Shown here piece after piece: positions 31,039-40,677 of a stretch of 64,000 nt of DNA. Origin of the DNA: Pirellulales bacterium (GTDB lineage Bacteria; Planctomycetota; Planctomycetia; Pirellulales; UBA1268); NCBI GenBank assembly GCA_044369655.1, contig JBILWX010000001.1, forward strand, positions 56,133 to 120,132. The letters are read 5' to 3'. The notes beneath the pieces were generated by a model. It did not search any database. It was not told the DNA's origin and worked only from the letters and a program-made list of their open reading frames with translations. Position 1 is the stretch's first letter. The number at the start of each line of letters is the position of its first letter. Both the position numbers and the translations under genes were made by a program.

Positions 31039-33543
31039 ATGCCCTGTGTTCCTGAACTCCTCGCGCCCGCCGGTGACTGGGACTGCGTTCGCGCCGCGAT
31101 CGAAAACGGGGCCGATGCCGTCTACTTCGGTCTCGATACGGGGTTCAACGCGCGGGCCCGGGCCACGAATTTCGCCGTCGACGACGTGCCCCGGCTCATG
31201 GCGATGCTCCACCGCCGCGGACTCAAGGGCTACGCCACGCTCAATACGCTCGTCTTCAGCGACGAACTCGGCCGTTTCGAGCAGGTCATCATCGCCGTCG
31301 CCGAGGCGGGGGTCGACGCCGTGCTCGTGCAGGATGTCGGCGCCGCCCGGCTGATCAAGGCGATCTGCCCCGATCTGCCGCTGCATGCCTCGACGCAGAT
31401 GACGCTGACGAGCGCCGAGAGCATCCGTCTGGCGGAGGAACTCGGCATGGAGCGGGTGGTGCTGGCTCGGGAGCTCTCCATCGACGAGATCGTCGCCATC
31501 CGCCGACAGACGGCGATGCCGCTCGAGGTGTTCGTGCACGGGGCGCTGTGCGTGGCCTACTCGGGCCAGTGCCTCACGAGCGAGTCGCTCGGCGGCCGCA
31601 GCGCCAACCGCGGGCAGTGTGCGCAGGCCTGCCGTCTGCCCTACGACCTCGTCTGCGACGGCAGGGATGTCGACCTCGGCGACCAGAAATACCTGCTCTC
31701 GCCGCAGGATCTTGCCGCCTACGCGCTCGCGCCGGAACTGATCGCGGCGGGGATCGCGTCGTTCAAGATCGAGGGGCGGCTCAAGACGCCGGAATACGTC
31801 GCCAACATCACGAGGCACTATCGCACGGCGATCGATGCGGCGGTGGCCTCACAGCCGGTGGTGTTCACGCCGCGCGACGTGGAGGAGATGGAACTGTCGT
31901 TCTCCCGAGGCTTCTCGCCGGGCTGGCTTCAGGGCTGCGACCATAAAATGTTGGTGCCCGCCACGAGCAGCGCGAAACGCGGCGTGAAACTCGGCACGGT
32001 CGTGGCCGTCCGCCGCGGCCGCGTGGTGGTCGACCTCGCGGCCGGAGTGAAGCGGGGCGACGGGGTGGCGTTCGACTGTGGCCAGCCGATCGATGATCCG
32101 GAGGGGGGCCGCGTCTACGAGGTGTTTCAGAACGGCGAATCGCGCACCGATGCGGTGGCGAGCGGCACCGTGGAACTGACGTTCGGCCACGGGGCGGTCG
32201 ACTACGAGGCTGTCCGCCCGGGGCAGACGGTCTGGAAAACCGACGACCCCCATCTCACCGCCCGCCTCCGCAAGACCTACGCGTCGGCCGATCCCGCACG
32301 GCGGATGCCCATCGACCTGCACGTGACCGTGGCCGCCGGCGGGCCGGTGCGGATCGTGGCCACCGCGCCGGGCGGGCAGCGGTGCGAGATCGAATCGGAC
32401 GAGCCCACGGCCGCCGCCACGAAACACGCTCTGACTGCCGAGAACCTGCGGCTCCAGCTGGCCAGGCTGGGGGGCACGCCGTTCGAACTGAAGTCGCTCA
32501 CGGCCGACATCACGGGTGGGCCGATGGTGCCGCACAGCGTGCTTGGAAAGCTCCGGCACCAACTCGTCGCCCGGCTGGAGGAGACGGTCGTGGCGGTGCC
32601 GCCCCGGCGGATCAACCGCGGTGCGCTGGCGAGCCGGCCTCCTCTCGAGGTGAAACCGGAGCGCGGAGAGCCGAGAGCCGGGATGGTCTCGCTGCACGTC
32701 TTGGTGCGGTCGCTCGACCAACTCCGCAGCGTGCTCGAACTCGGCGAGCACAGCCTCTACGCCGACTTCGCGGACATCCGCCAGTATCGTGAGGCGGTGG
32801 AACTGGCCCATGCACGAGGAGCCACGATCCACCTCGCCACCCCGCGGATTCAGAAGCCCGACGAGATCGGCATCTTCCGACTCATGGTCAAGGCACGTCC
32901 CGATGGGGTGCTCGTCCGCAATGTCGGCGGCCTGCAATTTTTTCGTGAGCAGGGGCTGGCGATCCGTGGCGATTTTTCGCTGAACGTCACGAACGAGTTG
33001 ACGGCGGCCTTCTTCATCGAGGAGGGGCTCTCGCGGGTGACCGTGTCGTATGACTTGAACCGAGAGCAGGTGCTGGCGCTGGTGGCGGCGACGCCACCGG
33101 AGTGGCTCGAGGTGGTGATCCATCAGCACATGCCGATGTTTCACATGGAGCACTGTGTGTTCTGCGCGGTGCTCTCGCCGGGCACCAACAAGACCAACTG
33201 CGGACGGCCGTGTGACGACCACGTGGTGAAACTCCGCGATCGGATCGGCGTGGAGCACCTGCTCACCGCCGACGTGGGCTGTCGCAACACGCTCTTCAAC
33301 GCCGTGCCACAAAGCGCGGCCGAGGCGGTGCCGGCGCTTTTGACACGCGGCGTCGGCCATTTCCGCGTGGAACTCCTCGACGAGCGCGGTGATGCCATCG
33401 GCGACATCATCCGCAGCTACCGCGACCTGCTGGCGGGCAGGACGACCGGCCGGGACGTCTGGGCCCGTCTCAAGGCAGCCAACCGGATGGGCGTGACCAG
33501 GGGGACTTTGGAGGAACGCCGCAATCCGCTGGCGATCCTGTGA
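31039..33543 (+). CDS. U32 family protein (peptidase U32 / DUF3656-containing, long form)
   Basis: ELLAPAG, TIM-barrel U32 core, E..HGALCVAYSGQC motif, and a second U32-like half at the C-terminus. Confidence 0.85.
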   Translation: MPCVPELLAPAGDWDCVRAAIENGADAVYFGLDTGFNARARATNFAVDDVPRLMAMLHRRGLKGYATLNTLVFSDELGRFEQVIIAVAEAGVDAVLVQDVGAARLIKAICPDLPLHASTQMTLTSAESIRLAEELGMERVVLARELSIDEIVAIRRQTAMPLEVFVHGALCVAYSGQCLTSESLGGRSANRGQCAQACRLPYDLVCDGRDVDLGDQKYLLSPQDLAAYALAPELIAAGIASFKIEGRLKTPEYVANITRHYRTAIDAAVASQPVVFTPRDVEEMELSFSRGFSPGWLQGCDHKMLVPATSSAKRGVKLGTVVAVRRGRVVVDLAAGVKRGDGVAFDCGQPIDDPEGGRVYEVFQNGESRTDAVASGTVELTFGHGAVDYEAVRPGQTVWKTDDPHLTARLRKTYASADPARRMPIDLHVTVAAGGPVRIVATAPGGQRCEIESDEPTAAATKHALTAENLRLQLARLGGTPFELKSLTADITGGPMVPHSVLGKLRHQLVARLEETVVAVPPRRINRGALASRPPLEVKPERGEPRAGMVSLHVLVRSLDQLRSVLELGEHSLYADFADIRQYREAVELAHARGATIHLATPRIQKPDEIGIFRLMVKARPDGVLVRNVGGLQFFREQGLAIRGDFSLNVTNELTAAFFIEEGLSRVTVSYDLNREQVLALVAATPPEWLEVVIHQHMPMFHMEHCVFCAVLSPGTNKTNCGRPCDDHVVKLRDRIGVEHLLTADVGCRNTLFNAVPQSAAEAVPALLTRGVGHFRVELLDERGDAIGDIIRSYRDLLAGRTTGRDVWARLKAANRMGVTRGTLEERRNPLAIL

Positions 33544-33807
33544 CGGCAGCCGGTGCCGCCGTGAAAGGCCTCGTTTGTGGCCGCTTTCATGCTGTTCGAC
33601 CGCAACTGTCCGTGGTCGAGGTCGAGCCTTTGTCGCCAGTTATGCCGACTTTGCCGGCTGCTTGCATCGCCGCCCGACGCCCCGTAAGACAGTTGTTCAC
33701 GGATGGCGGTTTTCGCGGCTTCCGACGTCGGGAGCCGCGCCGTGATGGCAGGCTCGTCACGGGCCCACGTGCCCTGACGACGCTTTGTTTCCTTTCTTTG
33801 GAGAAGT

Positions 33808-34941
33808 GTGATTATGAATCTCGTTGATCTCGTGACAAGCCAACTGACCGGCGACGTGCTGGGCAAGCTCGGCGGACTGGTCGGCGCCAATGAGTCGCAG
33901 ACACGTTCAGCCACCAACGCCGCCGTGCCGGCGCTGTTGACCGCGTTTGCGAAGATGGCATCGACCAACAGCGGCGCCAGCCAGCTGGCCACCTCGTTGG
34001 GCGGCCTCGACCTCAAGACACTCGGCAATCTCGCCGGCCTGCTCGGCGGCAGCCAGGCATCGGGCCTCGGCAGCATCGGCGGCAGCCTGCTCTCGTCGCT
34101 GCTCGGCAACAACCTGGGCAGCCTCGTCGGCACGATCGCGTCGTTCGCCGGCATGCAGCCCGGCATCATGAAGACGCTGCTCACCTACCTCGCACCGATC
34201 GTGCTGGGCGCCGTCGCCAACACGTTCAAGGGTGCCAAGCCCGACGCGGCTGGTCTGATGCGGCTCTTCTCGGAGCAGCAAAACAACATCCAGTCGGCAC
34301 TGCCTCGCGGCCTGTCGCTCGCCGACTTCGACACGTCCTCGGCCTCGCCGCGTCGTGCCGAGGAGGCCCGCGGCGTGCACCGTCACGAGGAGCCGGCCTC
34401 GGCGTTCCCGTCGTGGCTGCCGCTGCTGTTGCTGCCCCTGCTGGGCCTCGTGGGCTGGTGGCTGTGGCCGAAGCCGGCCCCGGCGCCCCGCGCCGTCGTG
34501 ATCGAGGAGACCCGCCGTCAGGAGGGACCCCTCGTCGTCGACCGCACCGAGGTCATCGAGCGGGAAGGCAACAAGGTTGCCGCCGCGGTCGAGGAGACGA
34601 TCGAACTGGCGCCCGGCATGGCCGAGGCCCTGAAGGTGGGCGAGAACCTCACCGGTCTGTTCGGCAACCTCGGCAAGGTGCTCGGCACCGTGACCGACGA
34701 GGCTTCGGCCCGGGCGGCGATTCCGCAGTTGAACGACTACGCCCCCATGCTCGAGTCGCTGCAGAAGTCGACCGTCGCCCTGCCGGAGGCCGGCCGCTCC
34801 ACGATCGCGGAACTGGTCGTGAAGAACATGGGTGCCCTGACGAAGGTGATCGACACCGTCATGGCGATCCCCGGCGTCAAGGAGATCCTCGGGCCCACCG
34901 TCACGCCGATGATCGAGACCCTCTCGAAGCTCGGCAAGTAA
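33808..34941 (+). CDS. DUF937 domain membrane protein
   Basis: N-terminus MNLVDLVTSQLTGDVLGKLGGLVG...AVPALLTAF is typical of DUF937. There is a central transmembrane helix. The start may be the ATG at 33814. Confidence 0.7.
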   Translation: MIMNLVDLVTSQLTGDVLGKLGGLVGANESQTRSATNAAVPALLTAFAKMASTNSGASQLATSLGGLDLKTLGNLAGLLGGSQASGLGSIGGSLLSSLLGNNLGSLVGTIASFAGMQPGIMKTLLTYLAPIVLGAVANTFKGAKPDAAGLMRLFSEQQNNIQSALPRGLSLADFDTSSASPRRAEEARGVHRHEEPASAFPSWLPLLLLPLLGLVGWWLWPKPAPAPRAVVIEETRRQEGPLVVDRTEVIEREGNKVAAAVEETIELAPGMAEALKVGENLTGLFGNLGKVLGTVTDEASARAAIPQLNDYAPMLESLQKSTVALPEAGRSTIAELVVKNMGALTKVIDTVMAIPGVKEILGPTVTPMIETLSKLGK

Positions 34942-34984
34942 GGCGGTCGGGCGGCGTCACGCCGCCGGTCTGCTGAAGACATCA

Positions 34985-35025
34985 CCGGCCCGGATCGGCC
35001 CCGCCGATCCGGGCCGGCTGCTTTT
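34985..35025. terminator. Bidirectional intrinsic terminator-like hairpin between convergent genes
   Basis: CCGGCCCGGATCGGC / GCCGATCCGGGCCGG (about 14-15 bp stem) followed by CTGCTTTTC on the plus strand. Confidence 0.6.
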
Positions 35026-35030
35026 CGCAT

Positions 35031-38000
35031 CTACCAGTAGATGTACTGCAGGAACCGCTCGCGGTCGGGTTTCGGAAGATCGTCCACGTCGTGGACGACC
35101 CAGCGGTTGTCCTCCGTGTCGACGAGCATCTTGCCGTCGGCGCCGAAGTCGATCGCCTGGCTCTGCGTCCATCGCATCGTGAACGCCTGGCGACCGGCCT
35201 CCGTCTCCACCTCGAGATCGAGGTAGCCATGGGCGAGCTTCACGCCATGCACCCGCGTGATCGTCCGCACGAGTGACCGCCGTGCCAGGGCCATCCGCAC
35301 GATCGCCGCATCGGTGACGCTCCAGCCGTCGAGCGAGCGGATCATTCCCAACTCGATTTCCTCGCCCGTTTCGCCCCAGCACCGCACCGAGAGATATCCG
35401 TCCGGATGCGTGGCCGGGAACGTGCGAACCATGAAGATCCCGGCGGCGACCCGCACGTCGCCGTTCCAGAGTTCGACCCGGTCGTGCGTTCCGATCGCGA
35501 AGCGGTGACCCTGCGGTTCGAGCCAGTGGATGCAGGCGGCGGCGGGCGGTTGCGGGCCGTCCTGCGGCGCATCCGCATGAGGCTGGCCCGGGCCGCCCTG
35601 CTCGCCAGGATTCGTCTTTTCCTCCACCAACAGGCTGTCGACGGTGGGCTGCTTCGAGACCTGGGTCTGGATCCGCACCAAGCGGGCATAGATGCCGTCG
35701 GCGGCGAGCAGTTCGGCGTGGGTGCCCTGCTCGACGAGCCGGCCGCGATCGAAGGCGAGGATGCGGTCGGCGTTGCGAAGCGTGGAGAGCCGATGGGCGA
35801 TCGCGATCGTCGTGCGGCCGCGGACGAGCACGGCGAGCGCCTCCTGGATGCTCTTCTCCGCCTCGGCGTCGATGTTGCTCGTGGCCTCGTCGAGCACGAG
35901 CACGCGGGGATCGTAGAGCAGCGTGCGCGCGATCGAGAGCCGCTGCTTCTCGCCGCCAGAGAGCCCGGCGCCATGCTCACCCAGCAGCGTCTCGTATGCC
36001 AGCGGCTGGCGGCAGAGGAAGTCGTGCGCGCCCGCCGCCTTCGCGGCGGCCAGACCCTGTTCGATCGTCGCCTGCGGCCGGCCGTAGGAGAGGTTTTTCC
36101 AGATCGTGCCCCGGAAGAGAAACGATTCCTGGAAGACGACGCCCAGCTTCTCACGGAGGTCGTGCATCGACAGGTCGCGGATGTCGATGCCGTCGACCGT
36201 GATGCTGCCCTCCTGCACGTCGTGAAACCGTGACAGGAGGCTGACGAGCGTGGTCTTGCCGGAGCCGCTCCGGCCCACGATGCCGACCATCTCCCCGGGA
36301 GCCACCTCGAACGTCACGTCGCGAAGCACCGGCTGATTGCGGTCGTAGCCGAAGGTCACATCCTGAAACCGGATCCCGCCGCGGACGTTCTCCCAGGCCA
36401 CCGGGGTCTTCGGCTCGGTGATCAGTGCCGGCGTGTCGAGCAGTTCCAGCACCCGCTGGCTGCCGGAGAGAAAACTCGTCAGCCAGGTGGTGAAGTTCGA
36501 GAGCGCGCCGAGCGGTGCGTAGAACATGGCGAGGTAGGCGAGGAAGGCGATCAGCTGGCCCAGCGTCATCTGGTGGCCGATCACGTCGCGTCCGCCGACA
36601 TACCAGACGATCAGCCCGCCCAGGCTGAAGACGATCTGCATCGAGGCGGCATAGGTGGTATTCGTATGTTCGACCCATTGCCGCCACTGGCGGAGGTGGT
36701 CACTGGCGGAATGGAAGCGGTCGCGCTCCCGAGATTCCTGCGCAAACGCCTTCACGACGCGGATGCCGGAGAGCATGCCGGAAAGCGCCGCCATCTGCTT
36801 GCTCGATGCGTCCCAGAGCCGGTAGTGCCGGGGATAGACGTGCCTCCAGAAGATCCACGACCCGAGGAGGACCAGGGGCACGGGAATGAGCGTGAACAGG
36901 GCCAGCTTGGGATTGATCCAGACGAGCATCGCCCCCACGCCCACCAACTGCACGATCTGCAGCAGGAAACCGCCGGTGATCTGGTGCATCAGCCCGTGCA
37001 GGGCCTCGCTGTCGTGGGCCACGCGGCTGATCATCGAGCCGACCTGGTGACGGTCGTAATAGGCGATCGAAAGGCTCTGGAGCTTGTTCACCATCTCGTC
37101 GCGGAGCGTGGCGGTGATGCCCGTGCCGATATCCGTGGCGAGTCGGCCCTTGAGAATGCCGACGACCGAGAGCAGCACGCGGGAAAGGGCCAATGCCAGC
37201 ACGACGACCAGCAGCGCTGTCTTGAAGTCGGGGGGCGTCGTCGCCGTCGCGTCGGCACGCCCCGACAGGATGTTGTCGACCATGTATTGCTGGAGCTTGG
37301 GCGGCGCGAGTTCGGCCACGACCCCCAAGAGCGTGAGGAGGCACAGCAGGATCGCGCCGCGGGTGTAGGGCCGGAGAAGCTCCCCCACACGCCGCAGAAT
37401 CTGACCTTTCTGCATGCACCGCGGGCAGGTGTCATCACGAGTGGCGAGCCTCAGGCTGCACGACGGGCACCGCGGCGGGTCGAGCGGCCCCGATCCGCGG
37501 TCGCCCTCGCTCCAGCCCGGCAGCATGGCCAGCGGCTTGCCACCGGCCGGAGCTGCGTCGCGGGCCTGCTCCAGTGCCCGCGATACCTTGTGAAACCGGG
37601 TCGCCATGGCGTTGGAATACCGCACCAAGTCGACCCAATCGCCTCCTTCGCGGACCTGCAGCGTGCCACCCCCCACGCCGGCGCTGGTCCGCACCTGATC
37701 GATGCCTTCCCAGGGAACGCTTCGCAGGGGACTGCCGGCCAAGCCCTCGGCGGGTGACCTACCGGAGGCTTGGGTCAGCGGGGGGTCGGCAACGACCGAG
37801 AGGTGGTCCGAGGTGACGACCAGCCACTCCCGCGAAGGGCGGCCGTCGAGCGCCACGTCGGTGTCGACGGAGAGCAGAATCGGCCTGTGGTTGAGCCCTG
37901 CCTGATCGAGCGCCCGCCGTACCGCGGCCGGAAGCGGCGGCAGTGGCGCCGCGGGGCTATCGCTTGGCGTCCTGCCCACAGCGGGCGTATGATCCGGCGG

Positions 38001-38063
38001 TTCTGCAGCGAGCGTGGTAATCGCGGCGTCCTTCTCGATCCTGGCGCGACGGAGTGTGTGCAT
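35031..38063 (-). CDS. Multidomain ABC exporter: N-terminal PH-like domain + zinc ribbon + 6-TM ABC permease + ATPase + C-terminal DUF1854
   Basis: CPSC..x..CPRC ribbon. Type I exporter transmembrane domain. Walker A GRSGSGKTT, signature LSGGEKQR and Walker B LVLDEATS. The C-terminal 150 aa ending DRERFLQYIYW match the DUF1854 pattern. Confidence 0.85.
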   Translation of the reverse strand: MHTLRRARIEKDAAITTLAAEPPDHTPAVGRTPSDSPAAPLPPLPAAVRRALDQAGLNHRPILLSVDTDVALDGRPSREWLVVTSDHLSVVADPPLTQASGRSPAEGLAGSPLRSVPWEGIDQVRTSAGVGGGTLQVREGGDWVDLVRYSNAMATRFHKVSRALEQARDAAPAGGKPLAMLPGWSEGDRGSGPLDPPRCPSCSLRLATRDDTCPRCMQKGQILRRVGELLRPYTRGAILLCLLTLLGVVAELAPPKLQQYMVDNILSGRADATATTPPDFKTALLVVVLALALSRVLLSVVGILKGRLATDIGTGITATLRDEMVNKLQSLSIAYYDRHQVGSMISRVAHDSEALHGLMHQITGGFLLQIVQLVGVGAMLVWINPKLALFTLIPVPLVLLGSWIFWRHVYPRHYRLWDASSKQMAALSGMLSGIRVVKAFAQESRERDRFHSASDHLRQWRQWVEHTNTTYAASMQIVFSLGGLIVWYVGGRDVIGHQMTLGQLIAFLAYLAMFYAPLGALSNFTTWLTSFLSGSQRVLELLDTPALITEPKTPVAWENVRGGIRFQDVTFGYDRNQPVLRDVTFEVAPGEMVGIVGRSGSGKTTLVSLLSRFHDVQEGSITVDGIDIRDLSMHDLREKLGVVFQESFLFRGTIWKNLSYGRPQATIEQGLAAAKAAGAHDFLCRQPLAYETLLGEHGAGLSGGEKQRLSIARTLLYDPRVLVLDEATSNIDAEAEKSIQEALAVLVRGRTTIAIAHRLSTLRNADRILAFDRGRLVEQGTHAELLAADGIYARLVRIQTQVSKQPTVDSLLVEEKTNPGEQGGPGQPHADAPQDGPQPPAAACIHWLEPQGHRFAIGTHDRVELWNGDVRVAAGIFMVRTFPATHPDGYLSVRCWGETGEEIELGMIRSLDGWSVTDAAIVRMALARRSLVRTITRVHGVKLAHGYLDLEVETEAGRQAFTMRWTQSQAIDFGADGKMLVDTEDNRWVVHDVDDLPKPDRERFLQYIYW

Positions 38064-38727
38064 GGCTTACGTACGATTCAGGGGCTTGGTTCACGGCCGA
38101 AGGCGGTGGCGGTCGGCGGGGGTGATGGGAGGCTTGCTGGTTTGTGCGGTGGCCACGGCTTGCGCGGACGAACCGGGCTTCGAGCCCCTGTTCGACGGCA
38201 AGAGTCTGACAGGCTGGACGGTCAATGAGAACCCGGGGAGTTGGCGGGTGGTCGACGGGGAGATCGTCTGCCACGGCCCGCGGAGCCATCTCTTCTACGT
38301 GGGGCCCGACGCCACGAAGCCCGCCGAGTTCAAGGATTTCCATTTCAAGGCCGACGTGCTGACGAAGCCCAAGGCCAACTCGGGGATCTTCTTCCACACG
38401 AAGTTCCAGCCGGAGGGCTGGCCCGCGCAGGGCTATGAGATGCAGGTGAATAACTCGCAGGGGGATCCGGTGCGGACCGGCAGCATCTACAACGTCGTGA
38501 AGAACTTCATGCCGCCGGCACCAGACGACGAGTGGTTCACCGAGGAGGTGATGGTGAAGGGCAAGGCCGTCACCGTGCTCGTGAACGGAAAGGTGCTCTT
38601 CGAATTCGTCGAACCCGAGGGGGTGACCGGCACGCGGAAACTGTCGAGCGGCACGTTCGCCCTGCAGGCCCACGACCCGGGCAGCGAGGTGCACTTCAAG
38701 AACATTCGGGTGAAACGGCTGCCCTGA
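38062..38727 (+). CDS. DUF1080 (3-keto-disaccharide hydrolase-like) secreted protein or lipoprotein
   Basis: FEPLFDGKSLTGWT...NSGIFFH...ALQAHDPGSEVHFKNIRVK. Signal peptide ending VATAC. The alternative start at 38125 would avoid overlap with the divergent ABC gene start. Confidence 0.8.
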   Translation: MAYVRFRGLVHGRRRWRSAGVMGGLLVCAVATACADEPGFEPLFDGKSLTGWTVNENPGSWRVVDGEIVCHGPRSHLFYVGPDATKPAEFKDFHFKADVLTKPKANSGIFFHTKFQPEGWPAQGYEMQVNNSQGDPVRTGSIYNVVKNFMPPAPDDEWFTEEVMVKGKAVTVLVNGKVLFEFVEPEGVTGTRKLSSGTFALQAHDPGSEVHFKNIRVKRLP

Positions 38728-38922
38728 ACGGGCCGGGGAACAAGCCAGCCACGGCGTCTTTTCACGAGGTCGACCGCTGGAAACACGGAGGGTTTACGCG
38801 GTCTACGGGCATCTCCTCGGACCCGGCGTCACTTTGACGACAGACTGCTAAAGTTATGCTTCGTTCAGTCCGATCGTAAACATGGTAAAGATTCCCGAAA
38901 AATCGTTTCAACAGGTGCATTC

Positions 38923-39885
38923 ATGATCATGCCCACGCTGCCGGCAGGGATTCGCGACGACATCACGCAGTGCATTGGCCGGACACCGCTGGTGCGCCTG
39001 CGGCGGGTGACCGAGGGCTGTGTGGCGACGGTCGTCGGCAAGATCGAAAACATGAACCCGCTCTGGAGCGTGAAGGATCGGATCGCCGCCGCCATGATCG
39101 ATGCCGCCGAACGGGACGGGCAGATCAGTCCTGACACGATCATCATCGAGCCCACCAGTGGAAACACGGGAATCGGGCTGGCCTATGTCTGTGCCGCCCG
39201 CGGCTACAAGCTGCGGGTGACCATGCCGGAGAGCATGAGCCTCGAACGCCGCCGCATGCTCAAGGCCTTGGGAGCGGAGCTGGTGCTGACGCCCGCCGCC
39301 GAAGGCATGCCCGGCGCGGTTCGCCACGCCGACGAGATCAGCCGCTCGAGCAGTCAGTTCTTCATGCCACAGCAGTTCAAGAACCCGGCCAATCCGGATG
39401 TGCACCGCCGGACGACGGCGGAGGAGATTTGGGCCGATACCGAGGGGCAAGTCGACATCCTCGTCTGCGGCGTGGGCACCGGCGGCACCATCACCGGCTG
39501 TGGCGAGACCCTCAAGGCGAAGAAGCCCGGGCTCAAGGTGGTGGCCGTCGAACCGGCCAACAGCCCGGTGATCTCCCAGAAACTCGCCGGCGAGCCGATC
39601 AAACCGGGGCGGCATACCATTCAGGGCATCGGCGCCGGCTTCATCCCCGACATCCTCAACCTCAACGTCATCGACGAGGTCGTGAAGGTGGATGACGAGG
39701 ATGCGATGGAGACCGCGAGGCAGATGGCGAAGCGTGAAGGCCTGATGTGCGGCATCAGTTGCGGTGCCGCGGCCTGGGCAGCGCTGCAGGTGGCGCGGCG
39801 GCCTGAGAACGCCGGCAAGATGATCGTGGTGGTGCTGCCCGACCTGGGCGAGCGTTACTTGTCGACCCGGCTGTTCCCCGAGTGA
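38923..39885 (+). CDS. cysK: Cysteine synthase A (O-acetylserine sulfhydrylase)
   Basis: [18 protein letters not shown] (PLP Lys), TSGNTG and GTGGTITG motifs. Confidence 0.9.
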   Translation: MIMPTLPAGIRDDITQCIGRTPLVRLRRVTEGCVATVVGKIENMNPLWSVKDRIAAAMIDAAERDGQISPDTIIIEPTSGNTGIGLAYVCAARGYKLRVTMPESMSLERRRMLKALGAELVLTPAAEGMPGAVRHADEISRSSSQFFMPQQFKNPANPDVHRRTTAEEIWADTEGQVDILVCGVGTGGTITGCGETLKAKKPGLKVVAVEPANSPVISQKLAGEPIKPGRHTIQGIGAGFIPDILNLNVIDEVVKVDDEDAMETARQMAKREGLMCGISCGAAAWAALQVARRPENAGKMIVVVLPDLGERYLSTRLFPE

Positions 39886-39919
39886 GCCCCGGACGCCGGA
39901 CAGTGCTCGGCCCGCTCTG

Positions 39920-40648
39920 CTAGCGCCGCTGGCTGAAGAGCCAGTCGAGCACGAATTCGTCACGGTAGGCCGGGGTCCACGAATCGTGCCCCACGCCGGC
40001 CAGTTCCGAATAGATGGGCCGGCCACCGGCCGCTTGCACCGCCGCGATCATGGAGCGTGATCGTTCCACCGGGACGGCCGTGTCGGCGTCGCCATGAAAA
40101 CACCAGATCGGCAGCGCCGCGACACGGGCCGCCGTCCGCTCGTCGCCGCCACCGCAAACCGGCAGCATCGCGGCGAACCGGTCGGGCATCCGGGTCGCCA
40201 GATCCCAGGCGCCGTAGCCGCCCATCGACAGACCAGTCAAGTAGATGCGATCTGGGTCGACCTGTTCCCGGGCGATGGTCTCTTCGAGGGCCGCGGCCGC
40301 CGCCGACAGATCGACGGTGGGCATCGCGGCCTGCGGATCGCTCTGCTCATCGGCCCACGAGACATCCACCCAGCGTTCATCCATCCGGCACTGCGGTGCC
40401 AGCACGAAGCACGGGTGCCGCCGACGCAGGGCCGGATCAGCCAGCCATGTCGGCAGATACTTGAGCTGCTTGGCGTTGTCGTTGCCGCGTTCCCCCGCCC
40501 CGTGCAGGAAGAGCACGAGCGGGTACCGGACCCCGGCAACGCCATCGCCTTCGGTCGGCTCGGGGCGGAGCAGACGGTAGCGAAACTCGACCGATTCGTT
40601 CCCGTCGGTCGTGCGGACGGATCGTTGCTCGTAGAGCGTCGTGAGCAC
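39920..40648 (-). CDS. Alpha/beta hydrolase (carboxylesterase / prolyl oligopeptidase-family esterase)
   Basis: LFLHGAGERGNDN, nucleophile elbow GLSMGG, and C-terminal HGDAD...GHDSW. GTG start preceded by GAGG. The longer ATG start would overlap the upstream gene. Confidence 0.7.
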   Translation of the reverse strand: MLTTLYEQRSVRTTDGNESVEFRYRLLRPEPTEGDGVAGVRYPLVLFLHGAGERGNDNAKQLKYLPTWLADPALRRRHPCFVLAPQCRMDERWVDVSWADEQSDPQAAMPTVDLSAAAAALEETIAREQVDPDRIYLTGLSMGGYGAWDLATRMPDRFAAMLPVCGGGDERTAARVAALPIWCFHGDADTAVPVERSRSMIAAVQAAGGRPIYSELAGVGHDSWTPAYRDEFVLDWLFSQRR

Positions 40649-40677
40649 GGGGGGAGCCTCGGGGGTGAGGCACGATC

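Noticed and set aside
38844-38872. Sigma-70 promoter (TTGACG) upstream of cysK
   Set aside because: No acceptable -10 hexamer lies at 16-18 bp spacing. The best TATGCT-like hexamer is only 14-15 bp away.
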